A program made the position numbers and the translations under genes. The notes beneath the pieces were generated by a model, which worked only from the letters and a program-made list of their open reading frames with translations, made no database searches and was not told the DNA's origin. A DNA stretch of 37,457 bases from Cladosporium halotolerans (Eukaryota): positions 62,001-99,457 of the forward strand of contig NW_027191503.1 of assembly GCF_011745625.1 (NCBI RefSeq). Reading direction: 5' to 3'. This document shows, in pieces, positions 22,346 through 33,506 of this stretch. How positions within the stretch are numbered: position 1 is the stretch's first letter; each line of letters starts with the position of its first letter.

Positions 22346-22981
22346 ATGGAGGGCGAGCGACTCTTCCGTTTCCCCAAGCCACAATGGCTCAACAGCGCGA
22401 ACACGCGCACCGCAGGCGTCTACCTGGCCGGTGGTCTTGTACGTTATCAGTATTCATCTTTACAATGAGCTACGTACTGACTATTGCCCCACACAGTTCT
22501 CGATCGCACTCTTCATCCTGATCGATGCCGCCAGCTACTCCAAATCACCTCTCAACGGCTCGAACTTCCACATCACCTTCGTCGACTGGATCCCCGCAAT
22601 CTTCTCCGCTCTCGGCATGCTGGTCATCAACAGCATAGATAAGACGCGCCTTTCGGGCGATGGATTCAGTTACAGTGGTGACGGTGTGGCATGGAAGGCG
22701 AGGGTGGTGCTGTTCATGGGATTTGCTGCGATGGCTGGAGGTCTTGCTGGTGGTGTCTGCGTGCTGGTGCTGAAGTACATTGTCGCGGAAGCCAGCTGGC
22801 CCACGGCTTGGATGGGCGTGGCTAATGTCGTAACGAACGGCTTGGTCATGTTGAGGTGAGTTCTGAAGTTAATACTTCCGTCTGAAAGTGAACGACTGCT
22901 AATTTTCCAATCCGCAGCTCCGTCATCCTCTGGGTGAGCCAGAACATGGAGGATGACTACACCTACAACCTTGCCTTGTGA
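22346..22981 (+). CDS. VPS68: Vacuolar protein sorting 68 (UPF0220/TMEM50 family; 171 aa; exons 22346-22438, 22497-22855, 22918-22981)
   Basis: Spliced product RLFRFPKPQWLNSANTRTAGVYLAGGLFS..HITFVDWIP..GMLVINSIDK..AWKARVVLFMGFA..LWVSQNMEDDYTYNLAL; canonical introns. Confidence 0.92.
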
Positions 22982-23389
22982 TGGATACGAATGCCTCATC
23001 TTTGTGCATTACCACTTCTCGTACAGTGTACACTGACCAAATTATCGCGAATCTATTCTTTTCACGTGCTCACATTTCCTCTGGATCACATGCTTGTGTG
23101 AGTGACCAGTGATCTATCGCGAGCTCTCACATGTGCCATGCGCGAGTGAAGCTCATTCACCTTCAATCGCGCCCAAGCGACGGCACCTCCTCGCCCAATA
23201 AAGTTCTGTCGCTTTCCACGCAACACCAACACCAAACACCACCCAGCAACCAAATCAAAACAGGTCACCTAGCATCACCTACCTCGCGAACTGACAACCT
23301 CGTCGCGCTATTCACGCCACAAGATAAATCATCCAAACAACGTGACGCAACAAAACCTACGACACGCCACCAAACACCAACCCAACAAG

Positions 23390-24106
23390 ATGGCCTCCCA
23401 ATCCACCGACGTCTACCCCCTCCCCGAATCCCCCAACTCCCCCGAACGCCTCGCCCTAACCCCAAACACGCACTCCACGCCCCCCAACGAACCGTCTTAC
23501 ACCCTCCCGCCCATCAGGACCGGCTCTGATAACGCCCTGTGCAACGCCAACATTACAATCGCAGCCCTGCAGCAACAGCTCGCGACCTCGGAGCGCCACG
23601 CGCACGAGCTCGGCGCCGCCGCCGCCGAAGACGCCGCGCGCCTCGACTACGAGCTGCGCTGCTCCCGCGCGCGCGAGGCCCAGCTCGAGCACAACATCAC
23701 TTACCTCTCCACCGAGGTCGAAAAGGCGAATGCGTACAATCACGAGCTGAACACGCACATTAGGTTCTTTCACCGGTATTCGCAGCAGCAGACGATCCCG
23801 GCGCAGCAGGTGCAGGAGCAGCAGATCATGGTCGGGCAGGAGAGCGAGGGGGAGGGTCAGAGCCAGGGGAAGATGCAGACGGCTGTTGCGGCGCCGGGGA
23901 TGGCGCCGGCGCAGGTGGCGGATGGGAGTGGGCATGGGAATGGGGAGCAGGGTTCTGCGGCGCCCCCGAAGAGGATGCCACCGTCTCAGAATGCGGAGCT
24001 TTTGCTGTCGCATAGTCAGAATATCATTCGGTCGCTGAGGTCGGAGATCAGGAAGTTGAAGGCGAAGAGGGCCGAGTTGGAGGGCCGGCTGGCTGCGCTG
24101 GGGTAG
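23390..24106 (+). CDS. Hypothetical coiled-coil protein (238 aa)
   Basis: Open frame with ATG in CAAGATGG context after a CAA-rich leader, strong GC3 bias and heptad-like segments; no recognisable family. Confidence 0.65.
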   Translation: MASQSTDVYPLPESPNSPERLALTPNTHSTPPNEPSYTLPPIRTGSDNALCNANITIAALQQQLATSERHAHELGAAAAEDAARLDYELRCSRAREAQLEHNITYLSTEVEKANAYNHELNTHIRFFHRYSQQQTIPAQQVQEQQIMVGQESEGEGQSQGKMQTAVAAPGMAPAQVADGSGHGNGEQGSAAPPKRMPPSQNAELLLSHSQNIIRSLRSEIRKLKAKRAELEGRLAALG

Positions 24107-25438
24107 CCTGGAGAGCACGAGGTATTTCGAGGTGGAGCTGTGCTGTCGACGGGCATGCGAGGGGTATGCGGAGGTCTTGTTGGCCTGTTTGTGAATGTTG
24201 CTTTGCTTTGGGGAAATTGCTCGAAGGGGCCATGGAACGCCGAGAGGAGGCCACTACTCTGCGAATGGGACATTATCGAGAAATTGTAGTCAGTGTTCAG
24301 TGGAATGCAACTTTATTGTGGCGTGTATATACCGGCAGAGGTGTCAAGCGCTTCATGAGTTCCTATGTTAAGAATCATAAACACTACACCCGAGTGAGGT
24401 TCTGTGAAACTAACCCCACTCCCAATCCTTATTGACGGTCACCAACGCTAGGTGCCCTCGTTTACACGATTATCTCGACCTTGAATAAGGTAAGCAGGGT
24501 CTTGTATGACATTCTACATATGCGTGACTACTATGCGGCCGACTATACATGACAGCGTGATGATGGCCGAGGTTGAAGCCTTGTGAGCCTTGCAACGACG
24601 CCAATTTCCTCACCATCCCTCTTAAACTAGCTGCCCTGCTATCCTCACACGGGAAAGGATATCGGAAGGGCTCATATCTTCCGAGGCCTTGAGTATTACC
24701 TCAATAATACTCGTAAATAATCAGCTTGCTGATTCGCACGGGCACTCCCTACAAGCACGCTGCCAGGTAGGCGCCTTCAACAAAGCCGGCGTGCTGGCCG
24801 GTTTAGGCCGCAATCTGTCTAGGATCTTTCGCGGAATAAGGGCATATCCACTTCAATGGTGGGCCTTCACTCATGGGCCTTTCGCGGTCCTACACGAGCA
24901 CTGCACGCAGACCAAGCCATCCTGCCGGGACACAAGAGCAGCCTTTCCATCACAACAAACGCCGAAAACGAATGTCAGCGACAAGTCCAACCTGCCTATA
25001 TCGGCATGTCTGGCCTCTGCCCATTTGCCGGAGGGCCAACCTAGCAAAGTCAAAACAGCGGATCGCTTCTTTATCGGCAACTTGACACCCCGCTTCGTTC
25101 GCCACGCTACGACAGCTGGTCGGCGGCGGGGGCGCTGAGAGGTGAAAAGAGGCTCAGGTCCCACTTGCGACTCGAGGACGGCAGTTCGAAAAGCGCCAGC
25201 AAGCCGCGTTCGGCTGCCCTGAGTAGCAATGGTCTACACTCGCCTGCTACGCGACGGCCGGTTGCGACGAGAAAATCTATGCCGGGGCCGAGCAGGAGGT
25301 ATGACTGCCGAATGACACGGGTAGGGGACCGAACACCGTTCCTTTCTTCCTTTCAGACGAGATACTACCAGAACTCCCTCCCCTCTCACTCCTCCCCTCT
25401 CCCACACTCTCCCCAACATACCCCTCCACCATACCACC

Positions 25439-26632
25439 ATGCCTGTCACCAAACTCCCCTTCCACGCCGACCACATCGGCTCCCTCATCCGCCCCGACTC
25501 CGTCTCCTCCGCCCAGGAAAAGGCGTCCAAGGGCGAGATCACTCAGGATGAGCTCAAGAAGACCCAGGACGTCGCGATCCAGGACATCGTCGACAAGCAG
25601 CTGAAGAACGACATCCGCGCGATCAGCAACGGCGAGTTCGACCGCAAGTACTACTTCTCGGGCTTCTTCGAGAAGCTCGAGGGCATGCGCGAGATTGAGA
25701 ACGTCCCCTGGGACCTGGCCCGCCTCAGCGCGCCGCCCATCGCCGCGCTCAAGAAGGCCGGCAAGAACTACCCCATGGCCGTCGTCTGCGAGGGCAAGAT
25801 CAAGTACACGCAGAGCCCCTACCTGGCCAACTGGCGCCAGCTCAAGGCCACCGTGCCCGCCGACAAGGTCGCCGACCTCAAGTTCACCATGCCCCCGCCC
25901 TGCTACTTCCACCTGCGCCTCGCGCCCGGCAAGTGCTACAGCAAGGACGCCTACTCCTCGGACCCTGCCTTCTTCGCCGACCTCGCCGCCGCCTACCGCC
26001 AGGAGTTCCAGACCCTGTACGCCGACGGCCTGCGCAACATCCAGATCGACGACCCGACGCTCGCCTACTTCTGCTCGGACGACATGCTCGCGGGGCTGAA
26101 GTCCGACGGCGAGGACCCGGACGCGCTCTTCGACATGTACCTCAAGGCGCACAACGACACGCTGCTCGACCGCCCGGCGGACCTGCACGTCGGCCTGCAC
26201 GTGTGCCGCGGCAACTTCAGCAAGAGCATGCACTTCAGCGAGGGCTCGTACGAGAAGATCGCGGAGCGCTTCTTCAAGACGCTCAACTACGACACCTTCT
26301 ACCTCGAGTACGACAACCCGCGCAGCGGCGGCTTCGAGCCGCTGCGCTTCCTGCCGGCGCACAAGAACGTCGTTCTGGGCGTGGTCACGACCAAGGACCC
26401 GGAGCTCGAGGACAAGGAGGCGATCAAGCAGAAGGTGCTGGAGGCGGCGAAGATCATTGCTGACGGCCAGGGCAGGAGCCAGAAGGAGGCGATGGAGAAC
26501 ATTGGTATCAGCCCGCAGTGTGGCTTTGCGAGTGTCGCTGTTGGCGCGGAGGGCATGACGGAGGAGAAGATGTTTGCCAAGCTGAGGCTTGTCAAGGAGG
26601 TTGCTAAGGAGCTGTGGCCCGACAGGGCTTAA
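25439..26632 (+). CDS. Single-barrel cobalamin-independent methionine synthase-like protein (Meth_synt_2 / YxjH-like; 397 aa)
   Basis: ADHIGSLIRP, SNGEF, IQIDDP, zinc ligands H-x-C (LHVCRGN), E (LEYD) and C (SPQCGFAS); lacks the N-terminal barrel of full-length MetE/Met6; intronless. Confidence 0.88.
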   Translation: MPVTKLPFHADHIGSLIRPDSVSSAQEKASKGEITQDELKKTQDVAIQDIVDKQLKNDIRAISNGEFDRKYYFSGFFEKLEGMREIENVPWDLARLSAPPIAALKKAGKNYPMAVVCEGKIKYTQSPYLANWRQLKATVPADKVADLKFTMPPPCYFHLRLAPGKCYSKDAYSSDPAFFADLAAAYRQEFQTLYADGLRNIQIDDPTLAYFCSDDMLAGLKSDGEDPDALFDMYLKAHNDTLLDRPADLHVGLHVCRGNFSKSMHFSEGSYEKIAERFFKTLNYDTFYLEYDNPRSGGFEPLRFLPAHKNVVLGVVTTKDPELEDKEAIKQKVLEAAKIIADGQGRSQKEAMENIGISPQCGFASVAVGAEGMTEEKMFAKLRLVKEVAKELWPDRA

Positions 26633-27024
26633 ATTTGTTAGTGCTGAGGACGGGGAGGATTTGAACGAGGTGGTCTGATGATGGGGTCTACGATTAATGA
26701 TATTTCAACATGAACAAGCATCGGGAGTTGTTGGGCGGTTGTTGTTGCGGAGAGCGTGCATGGCGGCAGCGAATTCAACGGCAGCTGCGAGAGCTTTGCG
26801 ACGGACGTAGATGATGAAGGACGGAAGTAGTCATCGAGATGACCGAGGCGAGGATAAAGGATGAGGAACGAAAGTAGTTCGTCCCAATACAAAAAAAAAA
26901 AAGAAATCCATATTACCCAATGCCTGTCTGTCTCATCCCATCAAGGTCATCAGGCCTCCATGCTGTGACTCCACGCCTCCATCACACCTCAGCCGCTCAT
27001 GACTACTGCACTGTAGCCCGCCTG

Positions 27025-27074
27025 ACCTTACTACTGTCCTAACCTTACTACTGTCCTAACCTTACTACTGTCCT
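27025..27074. repeat. 17-bp tandem repeat ACCTTACTACTGTCCTA, ~2.9 perfect copies
   Basis: Read directly from the sequence. Confidence 0.95.
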
Positions 27075-29129
27075 CACTTAAGCCTGACTGTATGTATGTA
27101 GCCATGCGTCAGCCACGAGAAAGTTCCGGAGGCACCTCCAGGCTTGAGAGGAGACATCATGGGTACATGCATCGTCGTCCGTCACACTCACCACAGATCG
27201 TTCCAACAAACCAGCCGCGGCTGTCTTCACATGCCGTCTGCCGCAGTCAACACAGGCCGTGTACAGCGCATGGCATCGCATCGCAGAAAGCTCCGAGTCG
27301 ACGACTCTTGCCTCGGCGCCGCGTCGAGTAGGACGAACCCTGTGTCGACAAGAGTCTGGGGCCGCGAGTCGATCTCGAACCCAAGGCGCGCCATCGGCCA
27401 CTCAAACTCCATCATCTGATCAAGCGAGGAGTCCACGACCGACATCAAAAGGAACGCATTTTCACATGAAAAACATCCCCTCTCAGCCCAACCCATCATC
27501 TGATCGCATCCTATCAACAAAGTCCCACCTTCACATGAAAAGATACCCCTCCTCCACGCCCGCCTCTCAATCCAATGGCAGAGCAGACCGCCAATCCCCT
27601 CCCAAGCATCCCCCACGCGCGCACGCTCTGCCAAACCTACCGCGCAAACTCTCCCGCCAGACAGACACACAGTACCAGCATGTGAAGTGCAAAGTGACGT
27701 CCCGGCAGGCGCGTCAGCCCAGCCCTGCCGACGCCACGAGGTCATCGGGCGCGGGCGCAGCGCAGCGCAGCGAAACAGGTAACTTTCTGAGATGGAAGCT
27801 CACGCGCGGTGGCAGCAAAGCTCGCAGGCATGCCGCTGAGCTCAACCGGGTGACGATCGCACGAGCGAGGACTGGAAGGCGGGCGAGACGCGAACGTTGC
27901 CTTTTCCTCTCGCGCCGTTTCGCCGCAACGGCCGCGCCGCCGCCCTGTCTCAGGCCCTGCAGAACTGCCTGGGCGGGCGCGAGGCGAGGCTATGGATGGA
28001 TGCGTGGCTCTATGACTACTATACAGCGCTACTATAGACGACCAGCGCGGTGTGTTTCTCGCTCGCACAGACGGCTGCTCAAGAACGGCCCAGAAGGCGG
28101 GTGGAAGAGGGCGGCGCTGGGACGGCGGCGTGCGATGCGGCGCTAGGCGGGCAGCAGACGCAGGGCGAGGGAAGAATCGGAGGGCGGTGGGGACTTTTTG
28201 GGTGAGTGGATGGCGGCATGTTGGGAGGGCCTGGGGGTCTCTTCGGCGCGGCGTCTGGACGGGTTTTGCGCGGGCGGCGGACGGCGATCGTCGTTGTCTT
28301 GGTGGAGGCACTGGAGGCTTCGAGCGGTTTGGCTTGGCCCGCGGCTGTTTTTCTTGCTGCCGGGCCTGTTTGATTTTCGCCTGCCTTGCTGGGCCAGCAG
28401 CCTGGGGCGAGCGCAGCGCGTGGGCAAGGGACCGACTGCCGCAGCTCGCCCACCCACCCATCCACTGCGGCGGCGAGAGCCCTGCAGATCCCCCTGGGCC
28501 ACGCTGGCTGTCAACATCGAAATTCCCCCGTGTGCGCGCGGTGACAGCCTGCCCACGCCCGTCAATCCAGACATCGACAGAGCATATCGATGGACCGCCT
28601 GATCAATTACGCATCGATACATAGAATTATTACGGGCCAATGGATAGGTCAGGGCGCCCGCACGGCACGCGCGCGCAGGAAGCATCCCCATGCTGGCTCG
28701 AGCGCGGTGAAGCATGTCGATGCCACGCTAGCCAGATGCTCGGCCTGTATCGCCTGCGGGTTGGTCGAAAATCGAGGGTCAGGCCCGAACATCGCTCGCC
28801 GCCACTCCTCCTCCCCCAGGCCCGTCCTGCTTGTCCTTTTCTTCCCTCGTCCGCCCCGCCTGCACCTCTTTCTGCTCGTCTTCCTCCATCTCCTCAAGCC
28901 ACCGGCGCCCCTCCGTCCCTCGTTGCTGCACCGAGCCTCCCTGCACCCGAGTCCCAACCGCCAAGCTCGCTCCCAGCTTTGCGATCCCCAACGACTGTTT
29001 TTGCTCAGGACAGCTTGCTGCAGCTCCAGAGCGATTGCCGAGTCGGTCGACAACAGCTCGGTCTACTCCCCAATCGACGTCGTCCACACTCTCTCCACCA
29101 CACCTCATTCCTCCTAAACGACCGTCACA

Positions 29130-30646
29130 ATGAGCACCTCTGCTCTGCCGCCCAGGGCGGCCACCAGGCGCACAGTCACCGCCGACTCTGTCCCCTCCAC
29201 TGTCAATGCGACTCCGGACGACTCGCCCACCGCCTCTGCCTCCTCCACCTCTCTCTCCTCGCTCGCCTCCGAGGATGAGGTCCAGACCAAGAGCCAGCCG
29301 CAGAAGTTTGTCGACGGCTACGGCAACGAGTTCGAGCTGCCCAACTACACCATGAAGGACATAAGAGATGCCATACCCAAGCACTGCTTTGAGCGCTCCG
29401 GCGCCATGGGCCTGTACTATGTCTTCCGCGACATTGCAATCCTGGCCACGGTCTTCACCGTCTTCAACAAGTTCTGCACGCCCGAGTACATTCCCTCGTA
29501 CGGCCTTCGTGCCGCCCTCTGGGCCGGCTACACCGTCATTCAGGGCCTCGTTGGCACTGGTCTCTGGGTCCTCGCCCACGAGTGTGGTCACCAGTCTTTC
29601 TCTCCCAGCAAGACGCTCAACGACACCGTCGGCTGGATCTGCCACTCTGCTCTGCTCGTCCCGTACTTCTCCTGGAAGATCAGCCACGGCAAGCACCACA
29701 AGGCCACCGGCAACATGGAGCGCGACATGGTCTTCGTACCCAGGACCCGCGAGGAGCAGTCCTCCCGCACCGGCTGGCTTCTCCACGAGATGCACGAGCT
29801 GATGGAGGAGACTCCCCTCTACACCGCCGGCCACATGATCGCCCAGCAGCTCTTTGGCTGGCCCATGTACCTCATCTACAACGTCACCGGCCACAACAAC
29901 CACGCCAAGCAGACCGAGGGCAAGGGCGTCGGCCGCAAGAACGGCGACGGCTCCGTCAACCACTTCCTCCCCAGCAGCCCTCTGTACGAGCGCAAGGACG
30001 AGAAGTTGATCCTCCTCAGTGACCTCGGCATCGGCATCACCGCCACCATCCTCGGCCTTGTCGGCAAGACCTACGGCTTCCAGAACCTCCTCGTTTGGTA
30101 CCTGATCCCCTACCTCTGGGTCAACCACTGGCTCGGTAAGTCTCCCCCTTGAAATCTCGATATCCCACCATAAACACCTGAAGAACTCATCTAACACTCC
30201 CCCCAACAGTCGCCATCACCTACCTCCAGCACACCGACCCCTCCCTGCCCCACTACACCGGCGAGACCTGGAACTTCGCCCGCGGCGCCGCCGCCACCAT
30301 CGACCGCGAGTTCGGCTTCATCGGCCGCCACATCTTCCACGGCATCATCGAGACGCACGTCCTGCACCACTACATCTCGACCATCCCCTTCTACCACGCC
30401 GACGAGGCGACCGAGGCCATCAAGCCCGTCATGGGCCGCCACTACCGCGCCGACGTCGAGGGCGGCCCGCTCGGCTTCCTGCGCGCCATGTACAAGAGCG
30501 CGCGCTGGTGCCAGTGGGTCGAGCCGAACGAGGGCGCCGAGGGCGAGCGGAGGAACGTGCTGTTCTTCCGCAACAGGAACGGCAACGGCGTCGCGCCCGC
30601 GAGGCTTGCGGAGAAGAAGACGGTCATCGTCGGCGCGGACGAGTAG
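29130..30646 (+). CDS. FAD2: Delta-12 (omega-6/oleate) fatty acid desaturase (~480 aa; exons 29130-30135, 30210-30646)
   Basis: IRDAIPKHCFERS and three His boxes HECGH, HGKHH, HVLHH. Intron 30136-30209 (GTAAGT..CTAAC..CAG) restores NHWLVAITYLQHTDP. Confidence 0.93.
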
Positions 30647-31184
30647 GAGTTTCTGTCTGAGAAGAGAAAAAAGTTTAGCCTGGAGTTTTATCGCTATGGA
30701 ACAATAAGAAGAAAACTGAAAAAGAAAGAAAGGTGGGAAAGACACCAACGCCGCTCGCTCGCTTCCGAGCAAGCAGAAGCAGAATGGATCCCGCTCGCTT
30801 TCGCCAACGGCGCCCCGCAGCTCCCTGCTACTACCGCCCAACATCAAGCCCTCCACACCTACGATACGCAGGCGCCACTGGCGTCGGGGCGCGGCTCACA
30901 CGCACACAAAGACCAACCACACACACAAAAAAAACACAGCTTCTGCTTCGCTATTAGTACTTCCTGGTGCGCTCAAGCGCGGCGTTTTTCGAAGGAGGTT
31001 GACTTTCTAGGATTGGAGCGGTGGGGGGTTCGGAAGGGCTTTTGAGGGGCGTATTGATTGATCGATTGCCATTCTTCTAATCCATCGACTTTTCCAAAGT
31101 TCATTTCTTCTCCTGCTGGAAGCCCGAGACCGTCGATAGAACGTCCGATACAGCCTAGACCGTCGCCTTGTGGTATTTTGCTGG

Positions 31185-31217
31185 GAAGAAGAAGAAGAAG
31201 AAGAAGAAGAAGAAGAA
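31185..31217 (+). repeat. (GAA)11 microsatellite
   Basis: Read directly from the sequence. Confidence 0.95.
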
Positions 31218-33506
31218 GAGGCGGGGGCTTGCGGTGCGTGTAGGTACCTTAGTTTCTGCATGTTTCGGACCCTGTTGCGAGATGGAGGTGGTGGTCTTCT
31301 GCCTTCCGAGAGACGGGAACAACAATAAAAAAATTGAGATTCTTCAACTTCAACTTCGTTCCAACGCGGCTTTTTTTTCTCATCTGTGTGTGTGTGCCAT
31401 GCCACGAAATTCCTGCCGGTGTTGCCCTACCTTATGGACGTCAGTTCCCTCGACAGGACTGGCATACGGAGGAGGTAGCGGATGCGGTCAGCGGGAAATG
31501 GACGGCGTTCTCAACTGCTCTCATCACCGTCAACGAGAGCGTAGAACACGGCTGGAACGGCGCGCGTCGGAGTGTGGCGGCGGACGATGACGTGCAGCAG
31601 TAGCAGCAGCTACATACTGTACCACGGAGACTGCTACGTCGTCAAGGCCAGGCTCAGGCTCGGGGCTCGAGCTCGTGACTGAGGTGCGCAGGCACGACGG
31701 GATTGGCCGCTCGGACTCTTGAAATGTCATTGTAGGTGGTGTCTGCGCGAGAAAGCTCCGGCTGCTTTTGTGGATGGTCCTGCCGCTCTGGATGGCTATC
31801 CGACCGCTTTTGGGACCGGCCCGGCGGTATGGCGGCGTTGCTTGGGAATAACGTTACAATGCAGGCTAGGGACGGGGTCTCGGTGTATGATGGCTTGGAG
31901 AGAGAGAGGTTGACAGGTCAGATTGTTACATAGCTACTGATACGGATCTCACCTGATGGAGAGATTACAGTAGTCTCAGTGCTAGCTCTACACAAGTGCC
32001 AGCGGCAGGTGCCGGACGGGAAGGATCAAGATGGGGACTTCGCAAATAATCTGTCATCCCAATCAATCGTGGACCTCGAGCAAACACGTTCACCCGCGCC
32101 TGTGGGGCGCTGATTTCACGGTGACAGCGAGGCGTGCGCGGCCAGACGCTTCGCTGCCGCTGCCCGCCAACAACATGCCGAATCGAGCACGGCGCGATGA
32201 AGTCTCTCCTCGAACCCCGGCCGTCGGCTGTGTATACCAGGTATACCTCAATAAACTCCAAACCAGGGCCTGCTCGGGAGATGCCTAGCTGAAGATCCGT
32301 GATGACACATCGGGTGATCGAGATGAAGGGCAATATATGTCAGCTGGATGGGCACAGCCGGAGGGCGGCTGTGCAGACAGGGTATTGTGTGTGAGTAGGG
32401 ATTCAGGAGTGGTGGTGACGGGTCAGTATAATCAATGCTCGACCGGGGATGAGCTATTCATGTCGGATGCCGAGGCGGTGGCATGTCTGGGGCGGGTGTG
32501 CCCTGCCTGCCAGTATGCATGTGGTGCTGCTTTTGGAACGGCTTGAAGAGTGACGGACATGCTGAGGATTCTCACTGCCGTGAACGAAAGAGCATCGTCC
32601 AGGCTCGCCAGGATGGAAAGAGGTCAAGAGAAGGTTCGGATCCAACACGGGTCCATGCCAGGGCCGCAGCACTGGGACGATGAAGGCGATCGATTCAGGG
32701 CACGGCCTTGGGACCTGGAGGGCCAGCTTTGTCAGCACACAGCGTGTTTTCTTCTTGCAGTTAGAAGCTGGCGGGCCGACGGGTGGCAGTATGGTCCACG
32801 ACGCTACGAATGTACAGTAACAGGGCAGCAATCGGGCAATCCAGGGCTGCGGCGGAGACGCGTGGGCGAAGCAGGCGGACATGGTTTCGTCGCCGTCTCC
32901 AGATTATTGATGAATGCTGAATCTCGGCACCGTCGTGCCTCTCGCCCCCCTATGGCTGCTCATTGGCCTGCGGGTGGTATTAGCTGACGCACGTCTGGCG
33001 CCCGTGATCGACGCACCCTGGCGTGCCTGGGCGCCGCCCGGCCTGTCATCCGCCTCAGCGAGCTCGAGCATCCGCCTGCTCGCCCACCTGCGCGTGGTAC
33101 TAGAAGTCTAGCACGCCTCCTCCAGCCAACGTGACGGCGGCCTGACACCGTGCGGACTGCCTCTCTGTCCTTCTCTCCCCTTCGTCTCCTCGAATCCTTC
33201 CGTGGCTCCACTGCCTGCCGTCTGCTTGTGCCTTATATCACTAACCTACATACAGCTCGCTCCCGCGCCTTGTGCTCCCCAAGCCCCATCCTCCGAACCG
33301 CGCAAAACTCTAACTGCTGTCCCTCCACCGTCACCCGAGCTCGTCCCAGCTGAACCTCTGTGATCGTCTGCCGGGGCTTCGCCGATACCTGGCCTGGGAT
33401 ATTAGGCCTATGCCTGCTTCCCAACCCTGGCCTGCCACATCCTACGCACCAACGCGCACATGACACGCCTCCTGCTCTTGCGGTAGACCACTTCTACCTT
33501 GGCCTC

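Noticed and set aside
23453..23463. CCCTAACCC as a possible telomerase RNA template or telomere seed
   Set aside because: Single occurrence inside a C-rich coding region; expected by chance.
24662..24684. TCGGAAG/CTTCCGA inverted repeat upstream of the MetE-like gene
   Set aside because: Only 7 bp; cannot be distinguished from chance, and no riboswitch consensus is seen.
25277..26362. 361-aa minus-strand ORF
   Set aside because: Antisense shadow of the high-GC3 MetE-like gene; no independent features.
27078..28715. Several 100-295 aa overlapping ORFs on both strands
   Set aside because: Arg/Pro/Ala-rich products expected from GC-rich non-coding DNA; no motifs or consistent codon bias.
28779..30206. 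475-aa minus-strand ORF
   Set aside because: Antisense shadow of the codon-biased desaturase.
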